This document shows positions 51,359 through 62,000 of a stretch of 64,000 nt of DNA, in pieces. A program made the translations under genes and the position numbers. The notes beneath the pieces were generated by a model that saw only the letters and a program-made list of their open reading frames with translations, had not been told where the DNA came from and ran no database searches. The stretch is taken from the NCBI GenBank assembly GCA_046290385.1, contig JBKAGM010000001.1:1026-65025 (forward strand), in the 5' to 3' direction. Source of the DNA: Gammaproteobacteria bacterium. Lineage in GTDB: Bacteria; Pseudomonadota; Gammaproteobacteria; JAGOUN01. Numbering within the stretch: the stretch's first letter is position 1; every line of letters begins with the position of its first letter.

Positions 51359-51685
51359 ATGAAGTACTTGAGATTATATAGAACGAGAAATGGAAAAGAA
51401 CCATTTGTTGAATGGGCGAGCTCTCTGAAAGATCATGTTGCCGTAGCACAAGTAAATAATAGAGTGCGTCGTTTGACTCTCGGGCAACGTGGTGACTGTA
51501 AGCGCGTGGGTAAGGGTGTTTTCGAATTACGTATTCACTATAGCCCAGGGTATCGTGTTTATTTTGCAGAACACGGTAAAGAAATTGTCATTTTGTTACT
51601 CGGTGGCCATAAAGGTTCGCAAAAACGCGATATAAAACAAGCTGTCGATTACTGGCATGATTATAAGGAGCGATACAATGAGTAA
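51359..51685 (+). CDS. RelE/ParE-family addiction-module killer protein (HigB/Gp49-like)
   Basis: 108 aa; the pattern ...GKGVFELRIHYSPGYRVYF is typical of the killer-protein family. Confidence 0.7.
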   Translation: MKYLRLYRTRNGKEPFVEWASSLKDHVAVAQVNNRVRRLTLGQRGDCKRVGKGVFELRIHYSPGYRVYFAEHGKEIVILLLGGHKGSQKRDIKQAVDYWHDYKERYNE

Positions 51686-52007
51686 AGTCAATGTGAAAAA
51701 GAGTCGTCAAATTACAGGTGATTATGTAAGTTGGTTACATACAACACTTCAAGAAAAAGAATCCGCATGTGCGCATATTCAAGTCGCTTTGGATGCCTAC
51801 CAAAAAGATGGTAATAAAAAGGCGCTTTTATTGGCATTGAAAGATGTGGCGGAAGCCCAAGGAGGTATAGGGTGGCTTGCGAAAGAAACGCATCTTAACC
51901 GAGAACATCTTTATTACTTATTATCTGGAAAAGGGAATCCACGGCTTGATACACTCAGCCTTATTTTTAAAGCGTTTGGATTTCACTTAAATATAGCTGT
52001 TTGTTAA
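51678..52007 (+). CDS. addiction-module antidote protein (HigA-family HTH)
   Basis: 109 aa from MSKVNV; 8-nt overlap with the toxin; the C-terminal NPRLDTLSLIFKAFGF pattern is typical of the family. Confidence 0.7.
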   Translation: MSKVNVKKSRQITGDYVSWLHTTLQEKESACAHIQVALDAYQKDGNKKALLLALKDVAEAQGGIGWLAKETHLNREHLYYLLSGKGNPRLDTLSLIFKAFGFHLNIAVC

Positions 52008-52227
52008 TTTAATTTTCCAAGTATCGTTAAGAAGATTTTAGAAAGACTCACGAGCGAGGTTCGTTCAAAACAAGGCTGGGAAGACTGTAAGAAGAAAAAA
52101 CGGCTTAATGGTTTGATATCTCACAGCATATGTTTACTAAATACACCAGCCTCATCTGCAAGTGAATTTAAGATGGATAGTTAAATAACATGCCAAAAAA
52201 ATCAAAAAGGGCCTCATATAAGTACTT

Positions 52228-52318
52228 GGTTAAATCTATCGGAACCATGAAAAACGGACACGTCGCACCGTAACTCTTTGTAATAACTAATAATTTCCGT
52301 CTTGATAATTTTTACACA
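52228..52318. repeat. left terminal inverted repeat of the Tn3-family element
   Basis: reverse complement matches 58044-58134 with 2 mismatches. Confidence 0.7.
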
Positions 52319-52364
52319 CATTAATTTTTTATTCTTAAAATCAATAACTTACAAGCGCTTTATT

Positions 52365-55300
52365 TCAGCCAAAATCTACCCTTTCTCTCCAGTTCCATTG
52401 GTTAATTATTTTCTCAATCACACGGTCATTGTGTTTGCCACAGAATTGGTAGTACCCCAGTAAATTAATATGACTCCAAGCACCAGGAGAGACCTTCACT
52501 AAAAAGTCTTTTTCCGATTGACTGGTTGAGTTTTCATAAAGCGTATTCAAAATGTGGGTATTGTAATACAAAATAATTGATGAAATTAGGCGGGTACACT
52601 GGTGCCATATTTCCATCTCAATTTCACTCTTACCCCTTAATTCGCCTTTGCGTAACAAGGTAATAGCTTGATACAAACGGTTGTAAGCTTCACCTCGATT
52701 AAGCGCGATCATGATGGCACGCCTGAATTTTGGGTTGTGAATGTAATTCAATAAAAACTCTGAGCGTACAATGTGGTTGTATTGTGTGAATGCTGTTTTC
52801 ATGTCACTGCGATAATTATTTGACGATAGCTTACCTATAATAATATTTGGTAATGCATCGCCTGTGAGTAATGACACAATCATGTGTTGAATGGGATCCC
52901 ATTGCTGATAAAACCTTTCAGGCTTAATGAATTTTGAAGGTTTAACAATATAGCCATCATAATCCTTAGGTGAACCAAATCCCCAGAATATTTCATTGTG
53001 AGGTTTAGGAATGCGAGGAGCAAAAGTTAAATCCGTTAAATCGAACAAAGCAAAGTTTAGTGCGTTGCAGCCATGTTTATCTGTTGAAAGTATTGAAGGT
53101 TTGACTTCTGAGGTATTTTGATGATGTACCATTTCAAATGTAAAATTTCCTTCATATTCATTGGTGCCAATGAGTCTCCCTGAAAGTGAAAATAAATTAA
53201 GAATCTCATTGTAGGCAGAGACACCAGCACCTTGACCAAAAAATTTCTGTGACCGGCGTGATTTGACGTTTCTAAATTGACTTTCAATTTTCATACCATC
53301 CAAACTGCCGTGCATTAGGCCGTCAATGTATTGCTCCTTGGCAATAGGTAACTCAAACGCGGCATTGTTAATCATATCAATAGCCGGCAAGAGCGTTTCT
53401 GTACGGAAGTAAGCGGCTTCTGCCGTTTGCAACGCTGATTCTGGAAGATCTGACATATCGGCCATTTTCTCTTTACCTGCTCGGATAGCATTCGCTAATG
53501 CTAAGCCCATAATCAGTTCATCGTCATACTCAGTTTTTGAGTATTTAGGCAATATTGACTCAAAGGCGTGAGTAAATGGGATTTTATGGCGCACAAATTG
53601 CATCACATCGACAATGCTGCGTGGCTGAAAGTGCGAGAAAAAAGCTTTATTGGGATCAGGTAAAGATTCAACTTTTACAAGACGCCAGCTTTGATTTCCT
53701 TGAGCGTCTTTTTCAATAGTAACATCAGGGTTCTCGTCGTTTAGGATGCTATGGTTAACCACGCGGTAAAGCTCATTTAACGTGCGTTCTTTTTGCTGTA
53801 AAGTATTTCGAGGTGATTTTTTGAGCTTGTCATAACCCAATCCTTTGATCAGTTTTGATTTTTCTTTAGCCCATTTTTTATCGTTGATATAATCATCCTC
53901 GATTCGCTTATGCTTAATACTGTGTTTTAAAGTTAGCTTATTAGTGCTGACATGATGCACCATACGTTGATAAAGTAGAAACTCCAATCGATGGAAGATC
54001 AATTTATTTTGGCAAAATAGATAGGGCAGGGTATCTTTACCAACCCACGTCTCTAAAGAGCGGTGGAGTGACTGATCTAAGGTTTTTGATGAAAGTAAGG
54101 CTGTCTCGACAAAGTCTACTATTTCTTGCAGAGTCGGATTATTGGTAACGATAAAATCAATGGTCAAAAAAAGTGGGCGAATATTTAGCGCAATGGCTTC
54201 TTTGTTTAAATCAACGTACTTCCAAAATAAAATATCTTGATCAAGATCTTCATTCACCAACAATTGCGCAGCTATTATCAAGTCCTCTTCATCAACGTGT
54301 TGATACAAAATGTTTCTTGGTACGTATTTTGGATGAGGATACTCTTTAATGGCCATTAGCATATTGCTGACTTTTTGCCGTGTTTCTTTGATGAGGCTGA
54401 ATTGCTTTAACACTTGCTCCTTTGCATACGTGTTTCCATGAGTGACATAATCATTGACACGCTTTTTAAACGCATCAAGCAAATTGTCATTGAGCAACTG
54501 AAATTTAGTAAAACTGTAGCAAAGTAAATAAAGCTGTGATAATTCTGGTTTTAATTGTTTTAATCTCGGACCATTATAAAATTGCACCATGTTGGCATAA
54601 TAATGGATGGTTGCAGTGGGCAAATTAAGTCTAGGTAATACTTCAATGGCTAAAAGAAATAGGGACTTTAGTTTTTCATGCTTTTTCAGTTCATTACCAA
54701 GCTCCCTAGTGGTAAAGCTTTTCATATCTTGCTTAATGCTGATGATATGGTGTTGGTTTGATGCTTTAGCCAAAAGTGAGGAAATATTCTCTCGATCTAA
54801 GGCGCTTGAGTAACGCCTAAATAGCCGTAAAATACGTTGGTGCTCTATATTCCATTGCTCAATAACGATTGCTTGTAGTGAGCTGTAGGAGGGAATAGCA
54901 ACGCGCTGTTTTATTAGTAGGTCAAGTAATGATTTGCAAAGCTGCCGTTGTCGCGGTTTATTAGGCGCTTCTTTTCTCAATGCTAACACTATTTTTTCCA
55001 ATGCAGCACCACGACAGCGATGATAGTTGCATAGTGTTAATATCTTAGTTTTTATGCGAGAAACGGCTTTATCATTCTTCAGAAATGCCCTGGGAAAACG
55101 TTGATTTGGAAAATAACGATCCATCACATGTTGACGCTCTTGTGTTACTTCACGATAGCTAAAATTAATAAATGTTTTTTTAAGCTTGAAGAAAACTAAG
55201 CTAATCGCAAAATAGACCGCATTCTCAATTGATTGAAAACGTTTTAATTCTGCTATTTCATCCTTGTTAAATGTAAAATATTCTCTACGTTCAGCGTCAT

Positions 55301-55445
55301 TCAGAATTGGAGCAGCATAAATCTCATGATACTCAGCTGCGGACAGTAGTTTTGAATTATTCCTATACACCATTATACCTACATTTTCCCCGCCACAGTT
55401 TAGTTGGATATGCTCTATAAATCCAGTAATATTGATTACTGGCAT
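52365..55445 (-). CDS. tnpA: Tn3-family DDE transposase TnpA
   Basis: ~1026 aa from MPVINITG (Tn3 TnpA starts MPVDFLT); the C-terminus SPGAWSHINLLGYYQF is typical of Tn3 TnpA. Confidence 0.85.
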   Translation of the reverse strand: MPVINITGFIEHIQLNCGGENVGIMVYRNNSKLLSAAEYHEIYAAPILNDAERREYFTFNKDEIAELKRFQSIENAVYFAISLVFFKLKKTFINFSYREVTQERQHVMDRYFPNQRFPRAFLKNDKAVSRIKTKILTLCNYHRCRGAALEKIVLALRKEAPNKPRQRQLCKSLLDLLIKQRVAIPSYSSLQAIVIEQWNIEHQRILRLFRRYSSALDRENISSLLAKASNQHHIISIKQDMKSFTTRELGNELKKHEKLKSLFLLAIEVLPRLNLPTATIHYYANMVQFYNGPRLKQLKPELSQLYLLCYSFTKFQLLNDNLLDAFKKRVNDYVTHGNTYAKEQVLKQFSLIKETRQKVSNMLMAIKEYPHPKYVPRNILYQHVDEEDLIIAAQLLVNEDLDQDILFWKYVDLNKEAIALNIRPLFLTIDFIVTNNPTLQEIVDFVETALLSSKTLDQSLHRSLETWVGKDTLPYLFCQNKLIFHRLEFLLYQRMVHHVSTNKLTLKHSIKHKRIEDDYINDKKWAKEKSKLIKGLGYDKLKKSPRNTLQQKERTLNELYRVVNHSILNDENPDVTIEKDAQGNQSWRLVKVESLPDPNKAFFSHFQPRSIVDVMQFVRHKIPFTHAFESILPKYSKTEYDDELIMGLALANAIRAGKEKMADMSDLPESALQTAEAAYFRTETLLPAIDMINNAAFELPIAKEQYIDGLMHGSLDGMKIESQFRNVKSRRSQKFFGQGAGVSAYNEILNLFSLSGRLIGTNEYEGNFTFEMVHHQNTSEVKPSILSTDKHGCNALNFALFDLTDLTFAPRIPKPHNEIFWGFGSPKDYDGYIVKPSKFIKPERFYQQWDPIQHMIVSLLTGDALPNIIIGKLSSNNYRSDMKTAFTQYNHIVRSEFLLNYIHNPKFRRAIMIALNRGEAYNRLYQAITLLRKGELRGKSEIEMEIWHQCTRLISSIILYYNTHILNTLYENSTSQSEKDFLVKVSPGAWSHINLLGYYQFCGKHNDRVIEKIINQWNWRERVDFG

Positions 55446-55570
55446 ATCTGTGTTATCATAACAAAAACAGTGCAAGCACGCTTGCACAATTAAGGAATTT
55501 ACAAAACAAGCTATTTCGCAACCCATATGGGTTCGCACACAGTATGTTTTTATTCACAAGGTGGCTATTT

Positions 55571-56671
55571 ATGAAAGACATTAACACTCCAGACAACGAT
55601 AGTAATGAATTAACAATTGAGAATATATATTCAGCAATAGCGAAACATATTCACCAAGCTCGCACTAACGTTATCAAGGCTGTTAATGCTGAGCAGGTTC
55701 TTGCTTATTGGCATATTGGTAAAATTATTGTTACTCAAGAGCAAGCGGGTGAAAACAGGGCTCGATATGGTAAGGCTCTGCTAGAAAATCTCTCAACGCG
55801 ACTACAAAAGGATTTTGGTAAGGGGTTTGGGATAACGAATTTAAAATACATGAGGCAATTCTACCTTACCTACCAAAATAGAATTGGTCACGAGGTTCGT
55901 GACGAATTTGATATTGAAGGATTTGATGAAAATTTAAGCTGGACGCACTATAGGTTATTAATCAAAGAGTTACGGCCAGAGGTACGCCGTTTTTATGAAA
56001 TTGAAGCAAGTAAAAATGGCTGGTCTACCCCTCAGCTTGAGCGACAAATGACCTCTTTTTTATTTGAACGCCTTGCTGCTAGTAAAGATACTAAATCCAT
56101 AATGAAGCTGGCTAGCGACGGTCAGATAATTCAAAAACCTGAGGACTCTTTGAAAAACCCCTATGTGCTCGATTTTCTTGGATATAAAGAACACCACAGT
56201 TACACAGAAACAGATTTAGAATCAGCTATCATTGATCACCTGCAAGATTTTTTACTAGAGCTCGGCAGCGGATTTGCCTTCATTGCTAGACAAAAGAGAA
56301 TCACTGTTGAAGGAGAAATTTTTAAGCCTGATTTGATTTTTTATCACACTATTTTGAAGTGTTACACCATTATTGATCTAAAGACCACTCGACTCAAGCA
56401 TGAGAATGTTGGTCAAATGATGATGTATGTTAATTATTATGATAGAGAGGTAAAGCGGAAAGACGATAACCCTACTATTGGCTTACTACTATGTGCTGAG
56501 CATAATGAAACAGCTGTAAAATACACGCTACCTGAAGGCAACCAACAAATTTTCTCAAGGAAATATCAACTACATTTACCAACAATTGAAGAGCTCAAAC
56601 AAGAAGTAGAACGTGAATATAAGGAAGCTATTCAACGTTTATCCCTAAATGAAAAAGACAAACAGTCATAA
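55571..56671 (+). CDS. DUF1016 (YhcG-like) PD-(D/E)XK nuclease-family protein
   Basis: ~366 aa from MKDINTP; DUF1016-like N-terminus and a C-terminal restriction-endonuclease-like fold; frequent Tn3-family cargo. Confidence 0.55.
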   Translation: MKDINTPDNDSNELTIENIYSAIAKHIHQARTNVIKAVNAEQVLAYWHIGKIIVTQEQAGENRARYGKALLENLSTRLQKDFGKGFGITNLKYMRQFYLTYQNRIGHEVRDEFDIEGFDENLSWTHYRLLIKELRPEVRRFYEIEASKNGWSTPQLERQMTSFLFERLAASKDTKSIMKLASDGQIIQKPEDSLKNPYVLDFLGYKEHHSYTETDLESAIIDHLQDFLLELGSGFAFIARQKRITVEGEIFKPDLIFYHTILKCYTIIDLKTTRLKHENVGQMMMYVNYYDREVKRKDDNPTIGLLLCAEHNETAVKYTLPEGNQQIFSRKYQLHLPTIEELKQEVEREYKEAIQRLSLNEKDKQS

Positions 56672-56689
56672 TAAGGAGGATATACTGCG

Positions 56690-57988
56690 ATGAACAAGGT
56701 TATGTTCTCCCCTAAGCCCGTTTTCGATACCATGGATGAAATTATTACGCAGTATAAATCATGTCAAAACAATAACCGTCCACAAAATATTATTAAACAC
56801 TGGTTAAATCATTGCTTTACAGAAAGCACCGTTAACCCCCCCTCATATGCAGTAAGAGATTACCAATGGGCACTTACTTTTCTATATAGCTATCGAGGCA
56901 GCAAAGACACTTTTGGCGCTTATCGTCGTGAATTAGAGCGCTTTCTACAGTGGAGTTGGTTTGTTAAAAATCAACCCGTATTAAAGCATAAACGACAGAA
57001 TATAGAAGAGTTTGCTGAGTTTTGCATGGACCCACCAAGACGATGGATAGGTCTAAAAAACGTCGCGCGATTTAAAACAGTAAATGGCGAACGCAAACCC
57101 AACAAAGACTGGAAACCCTTTGTGGTACAGGTAAGTAAAAAAGCTTTTCAGCAAGGAAAAAAACCAGATAAGCAAGAATTTCAATGCTCACACACAGCAA
57201 TGAAAGTCATGTTTAACATATTAAGTAGTTTTTATAACTACCTTATGCAAGAAGAAGTCACACAAATGAATCCCGTTGCCTTAATACGCCAGAAAAGCAA
57301 ATTCATACGCAAGGAAGCACATGCGCCTGTTGTTCGTCGTTTATCAGAGACTCAGTGGCAAATGATTCTTCAGATCACAGAAGAAAAAACACAGGAAGAT
57401 AAACAGGCAGAGCGAACGTTATTTATTTTATCTTGTCTCTATAGTATGTACTTGCGTATTTCAGAACTCATAACAACAAGTCGCTGCTCACCAACCATGA
57501 ATAACTTTATCAAAGACCAAGAGGGAAATTGGTGGTTTCGTACGGTAGGCAAAGGGAATAAAGCGCGACAAATTGCCGTTAGCCCATCAATGCTAAAAGC
57601 ATTAAGACGGTATCGAACGCAATATTTAGCCTTATCTCCCTACCCTCTGCCTGATGAAAACCTTCCGTTAATAGGTTGTGCCAATAATGCTAATCGCCCA
57701 CTCACAAGCGACAGACCACTACGAAAATGTGTTCAAGCCTGTTTTGATGAAGCAGCAGACAAACTAACAAGACAAGGCGAACAACATGAAGCTGATTTAT
57801 TACGCTCTGCGACAGTCCATTGGTTAAGGCACACTGGTATTTCAGAAGATGTTAAAATCCGTCCTAGAGAACATGTGCGTGATGACGCTGGCCACAGCTC
57901 TAGTGCAATTACAGACCGCTATATAGATATTGAGCTGCAAGAACGAGCTAAGTCTGCCAGGAAAAAAGTCATTAATAAGAATGAGTAA
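56690..57988 (+). CDS. tyrosine site-specific recombinase (TnpI/TnpS-like resolvase candidate)
   Basis: C-terminal catalytic R...HxxRH...Y pattern (HWLRHTG ... HSSSAITDRY). Confidence 0.75.
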   Translation: MNKVMFSPKPVFDTMDEIITQYKSCQNNNRPQNIIKHWLNHCFTESTVNPPSYAVRDYQWALTFLYSYRGSKDTFGAYRRELERFLQWSWFVKNQPVLKHKRQNIEEFAEFCMDPPRRWIGLKNVARFKTVNGERKPNKDWKPFVVQVSKKAFQQGKKPDKQEFQCSHTAMKVMFNILSSFYNYLMQEEVTQMNPVALIRQKSKFIRKEAHAPVVRRLSETQWQMILQITEEKTQEDKQAERTLFILSCLYSMYLRISELITTSRCSPTMNNFIKDQEGNWWFRTVGKGNKARQIAVSPSMLKALRRYRTQYLALSPYPLPDENLPLIGCANNANRPLTSDRPLRKCVQACFDEAADKLTRQGEQHEADLLRSATVHWLRHTGISEDVKIRPREHVRDDAGHSSSAITDRYIDIELQERAKSARKKVINKNE

Positions 57989-58043
57989 TTTTGGTCGCCA
58001 GGTGGATCTTGTAACCTATTGATTTTCAAAAGAAAAATCAATC

Positions 58044-58134
58044 TGTGTAAAAATTATCAGGACGGAAATTATTAGTTATTACAAAGGGTTACGGTGCGAC
58101 GTGTCCGTTTTTCATGGTTCCGATAGATTTAACC
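58044..58134. repeat. right terminal inverted repeat of the Tn3-family element
   Basis: see left IR. Confidence 0.7.
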
Positions 58135-58286
58135 TACTAGGTTTATCGCCAGGTGCATGGATTCATGTGAATCTACTTGGCTATTACCAGTTCACTGGCG
58201 AGGGATCGTACGAATACATTGAGCGTTGGATTCAGCATTGGCACTACGAGGAGCATACAGGTTTTGTTGAAAAATATAGAACGTAA
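58135..58286 (+). pseudogene. relic C-terminal fragment of a second, diverged Tn3-family tnpA
   Basis: LLGLSPGAWIHVNLLGYYQFTG resembles the C-terminus of the intact TnpA. The 5' part of the track ORF (58101-58134) is a translation of the IR. A degenerate IR-like sequence follows at ~58330-58370. Confidence 0.5.
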
Positions 58287-58388
58287 ATGCTTGTATAGCA
58301 GTGCTACTTGATTTTGCTGAAAATTCTTGCAGGACGATAATTTATTAAAAATCAGTCAGTTAAAAGCGTCTATGTAATATTTTTATTA

Positions 58389-58718
58389 TTAATGTTTGGG
58401 ATCCCTAAACAGTGTCATCATGAGACGGTTATACTGCATCCAAAAATTTTTCGGTTTTTTAGGTTCGGTGATATAAATCTGCCATGGAATGGCTTTCATT
58501 CCAGTTTTTTGAATAGCTTGAATGAGTTGAGATTCGTTTAGCTGTTTACTATTCTCTTCAATGGTCAACTTACCATTGAGCAAATCAAACCCTAATTGAT
58601 TATCGTCTGAGATATACTTTTCTAGCACGTGCTTTATAATGGCTATTTCTTCAGCACAATCCATTCCAACAATTTTAAATTCAAATCGCTTTTTGTCATC
58701 CATGGTTTTAATCTTCAA
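58389..58718 (-). CDS. hypothetical small protein downstream of czcA
   Basis: 109 aa; no motif; 4-nt overlap with the upstream ORF. Confidence 0.3.
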   Translation of the reverse strand: MKIKTMDDKKRFEFKIVGMDCAEEIAIIKHVLEKYISDDNQLGFDLLNGKLTIEENSKQLNESQLIQAIQKTGMKAIPWQIYITEPKKPKNFWMQYNRLMMTLFRDPKH

Positions 58719-59095
58719 TAATGTTTTTCAGAGCGTTTATGACACACCAAATTAATGGTGGTTTGATGCGCGCGTGCCGTTCCATGACAGCGGACCGATT
58801 TTTGGCTACCTTTAATCGAAATAACATCAACGACGAGACGTTTACCATAGCGGTTTTCTAATGAAAAAGATTGATGATCATCCGTTGTCACGGTGAGCTT
58901 GCTAACAGGATTACCATGGGCATACAGCTGAAGAATGAGAGTCGCTTTTTTCAGATTAGGACCTTCCACAGTTGAAGCTTTTTTATCATATTGCACCATA
59001 TACTTTTGCGTCACTGTGGCGGCACCAGCAATATTAGAACTGCATAGTGTTAACAGTGATATGAATAAAGTTAAAAACCATTTACAGTTGCGCAT
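58715..59095 (-). CDS. hypothetical exported protein downstream of czcA
   Basis: 126 aa; signal peptide ending AGAA; begins 3 nt after the czcA stop. Confidence 0.35.
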   Translation of the reverse strand: MRNCKWFLTLFISLLTLCSSNIAGAATVTQKYMVQYDKKASTVEGPNLKKATLILQLYAHGNPVSKLTVTTDDHQSFSLENRYGKRLVVDVISIKGSQKSVRCHGTARAHQTTINLVCHKRSEKHY

Positions 59096-59097
59096 AA

Positions 59098-62000
59098 TTA
59101 GTCTCCCAAAGAAGCTGTCGTTTCCTCTTCTTGTGGTTTCTTCGTAAAAAACAACCGATATAACACCGGTAAAACAAACAGTGTTAATGGCGTTGAAGAA
59201 AATAATCCCCCCACAACAACAGTCGCTAATGGGCGCTGAATTTCAGCGCCAACACCTCTTGCCAAAAGCATAGGGATCAAACCAAGCGCTGCAATAATTG
59301 CAGTTAATAAGACGGGTCGTAATCGAGACAGTGCGCCTTGATAAACCGCTTGATAACCTTCCATGCCCTCTTTTGCATTTCGATTAATCGCATTAACAAG
59401 CACAACACCGTTTAACACGGCAATTCCGAATAAGGCGATAAAACCAATGGAGCCTGGCACGGATAAATATTGCCCCGAAATAAACAATCCAATAATGCCA
59501 CCAATCAATGCCAACGGTACATTCACCATAATCAATAATGCTTTACTGACCGATTGAAAGGCAAAATACAACAGTAAAAATATCAGTGCTAACGATAAGG
59601 GAACTACGATCATTAATCGCGCTTGTGCACGCTCTTGGTTTTTAAATTGCCCACCATACGTCACTGTGTAGCCTGGTGGCAATTTAACTTTCGTCTGAAG
59701 TTGTTGTTTGATATCACTTACCACACTGCCCATATCACGTCCTTCAACATTCGCTTGGATCACAACACGTCGTTGCACATCATCACGACGAATTTGTGGC
59801 GGACCTGATTCTATTTCTACATTCGCCACATTGCTTAATTTCACCCAAGAACCGTTCGCCGATTGCAACATCAAATTGCCTATGGCTTCTGCCGTACTTC
59901 GATATTTTTTAGCGAGTCTCACATAAATATCATAACGCTCATTACCATTAATGACCTGCCCTGCTGTTTGACCACCAATTTCATTCGACACCAAAGACAT
60001 CACTTGACCGACAGAAATACCATAGCGCATTAATGCTTCTCGGTTCGGCTTAATGACTAGTTGAGGCTCGCCTGTGATCTGTTCCATTGCCACATCTTTA
60101 GTACCTTTCACTTGTTTGACAATCGCCTCAATCGCTTTGCCTTTTTCTGCCAATACTTTTAGATTGGGACCAAACAATTTAATGGCCAATTGTGCTTTAA
60201 CGCCAGATAATAATTCATCAACACGCGTAGCAATCGGTTGTGAAAAAGAAAATAGAAGTCCTGGAAACACATTCATCTTCTTTTCCATTAAATTTTCAAG
60301 TTGTGTTCGCGTGCGTGCGGATGTCCACTCTGAAATCGATTTTAATCCAATATATAACTCAACATTGGAAACAGGTTCGGGATCACCACCTAATTCTGGG
60401 CGTCCAACGCGACTTGAAACATAAGTAACCTCTGGAAAGGTCATTAAACGTTTCTCAAGGTTATTCGCTACTTTAAGAGCCGTTGTTAAATTAACAGAGG
60501 GAGCTAAAGTAACACGAATATTCAATGTGCCTTCTTCAAGCTGCGGCACAAACTCTGTTCCTAAAAATGGGACTAAACCTAAGGAAATAATAAATAGAAC
60601 AAGTGCGCTGGCAATCACTGTTTTTGGTTTAGCCAAAGCTTTGGCTAAAATTTTACGATAACTTTTATCAATAGGACGAAACACAAAGCTGCCTTTATGT
60701 TTTAATCCACGGCGAAAAAAGTAAGTCGCTAATGCCGGAATAACTATCAGGGCAACCAATAATGATGCGATCATGGCAAAGACAATACTTTGTGCCATAG
60801 GGTGAAATAGTTTTCCTTCTACACCCTGCAGACTAAAAATAGGCGCGAAAACCACAATAATAATTAACACCGCAAAAAATACCGGGCGCGCGATTTCACG
60901 TGCCGCTTCTTGAATGCGAAGCGCAATGCCATGGTGATTAGCCGTACTGTGGTGTGGATCACTCGATTCTAAGGCATGTGTTTTAGGATCGTGATTGGGA
61001 TCCGGCTGACTTAAGTGTTTAAAAATATTTTCCATCATCACAACGGAACCATCCACAATCATACCGATGGCTATTGCTAACCCACCTAATGACATCAGGT
61101 TGGCTGATATCCCCCACTGTGCCATCACCATTAAAGCAATGGCGATTGAAATAGGCACTGAAATTAAAACTAATAATGTGGCTCGAATGTTCAACAGAAA
61201 TAGAAATAAAACAATTAAAATGAGTATAAACGCTTCTATTAATGCTTTTACAACGGTGTGTACCGCTTTATTCACCAAGTCGGCCTGATCATAAACAGGT
61301 TTTATCTTTACACCGTCCGGCAATGCTTGCTGTATCCCCGGCAAGCGCTCTTTAATGCCGTCAATGGTCGCTTTAGTATTAGCACCCATGCGTTTTAGTA
61401 CGATCCCCGTGACAACTTCACCCAAATCGTCTGGCTGACCTTGATTGTTGCGCATCATCATACTGACAGCACCTTGGCGGATCTCTGGCGCAAACGCGAC
61501 GTTTGCCACATCTTTAACCCGCACCACCGTGCCATGTTCTTCTTTGACTGGAATATTGGCAATTTCACGCAGTCCTTTATTACCACTTTGCAACCAACCC
61601 TCACCACGGATCACGAGTTGCTCATCACCGCGATCGAGATACCAACCGCCTGAGTTACGATTATTATTCTCAATCGCATGGACAACGTTTTCAGCAGTGA
61701 TTTTGTAACTCAATAACTTTTGTGGGTTCATCTGTACTTGGTATTGTTTAACTTTACCGCCAAACGATAACACGTCGGTCACACCACCGACCGGTAAGAG
61801 TTGCAATTTAACCAACCAATCATTGAGACTACGCAGTTTCATTGCGTCGTATTGTGCTGGCTTATCTGTCGTCAAAATATATTGAAAAACTTGCCCAAGC
61901 CCTGATGTATTGGGACCAATTTCGGGTGTGCCAACCCCATCAGGAATTTCTTCCTTGGCTTTTTGTAATTGTTGGAATACTTGCTCACGTGCAAAATAAA

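Larger units (their letters stand above)
52228..58134. mobile_element. Tn3-family transposon (tnpA, DUF1016 cargo, tyrosine recombinase)
   Basis: bounded by ~90-bp inverted repeats at 52228-52318 and 58044-58134 (2 mismatches), each starting with GGTTAAATC at the outer end; flanks are TACTT and TACTA. Confidence 0.6.

Noticed and set aside
58101-58134. N-terminal part of the 61-aa ORF 58101-58286 (MSVFHGSDRFN)
   Set aside because: These codons are a translation of the transposon inverted repeat. Only the part from 58135 onward is a relic of tnpA.
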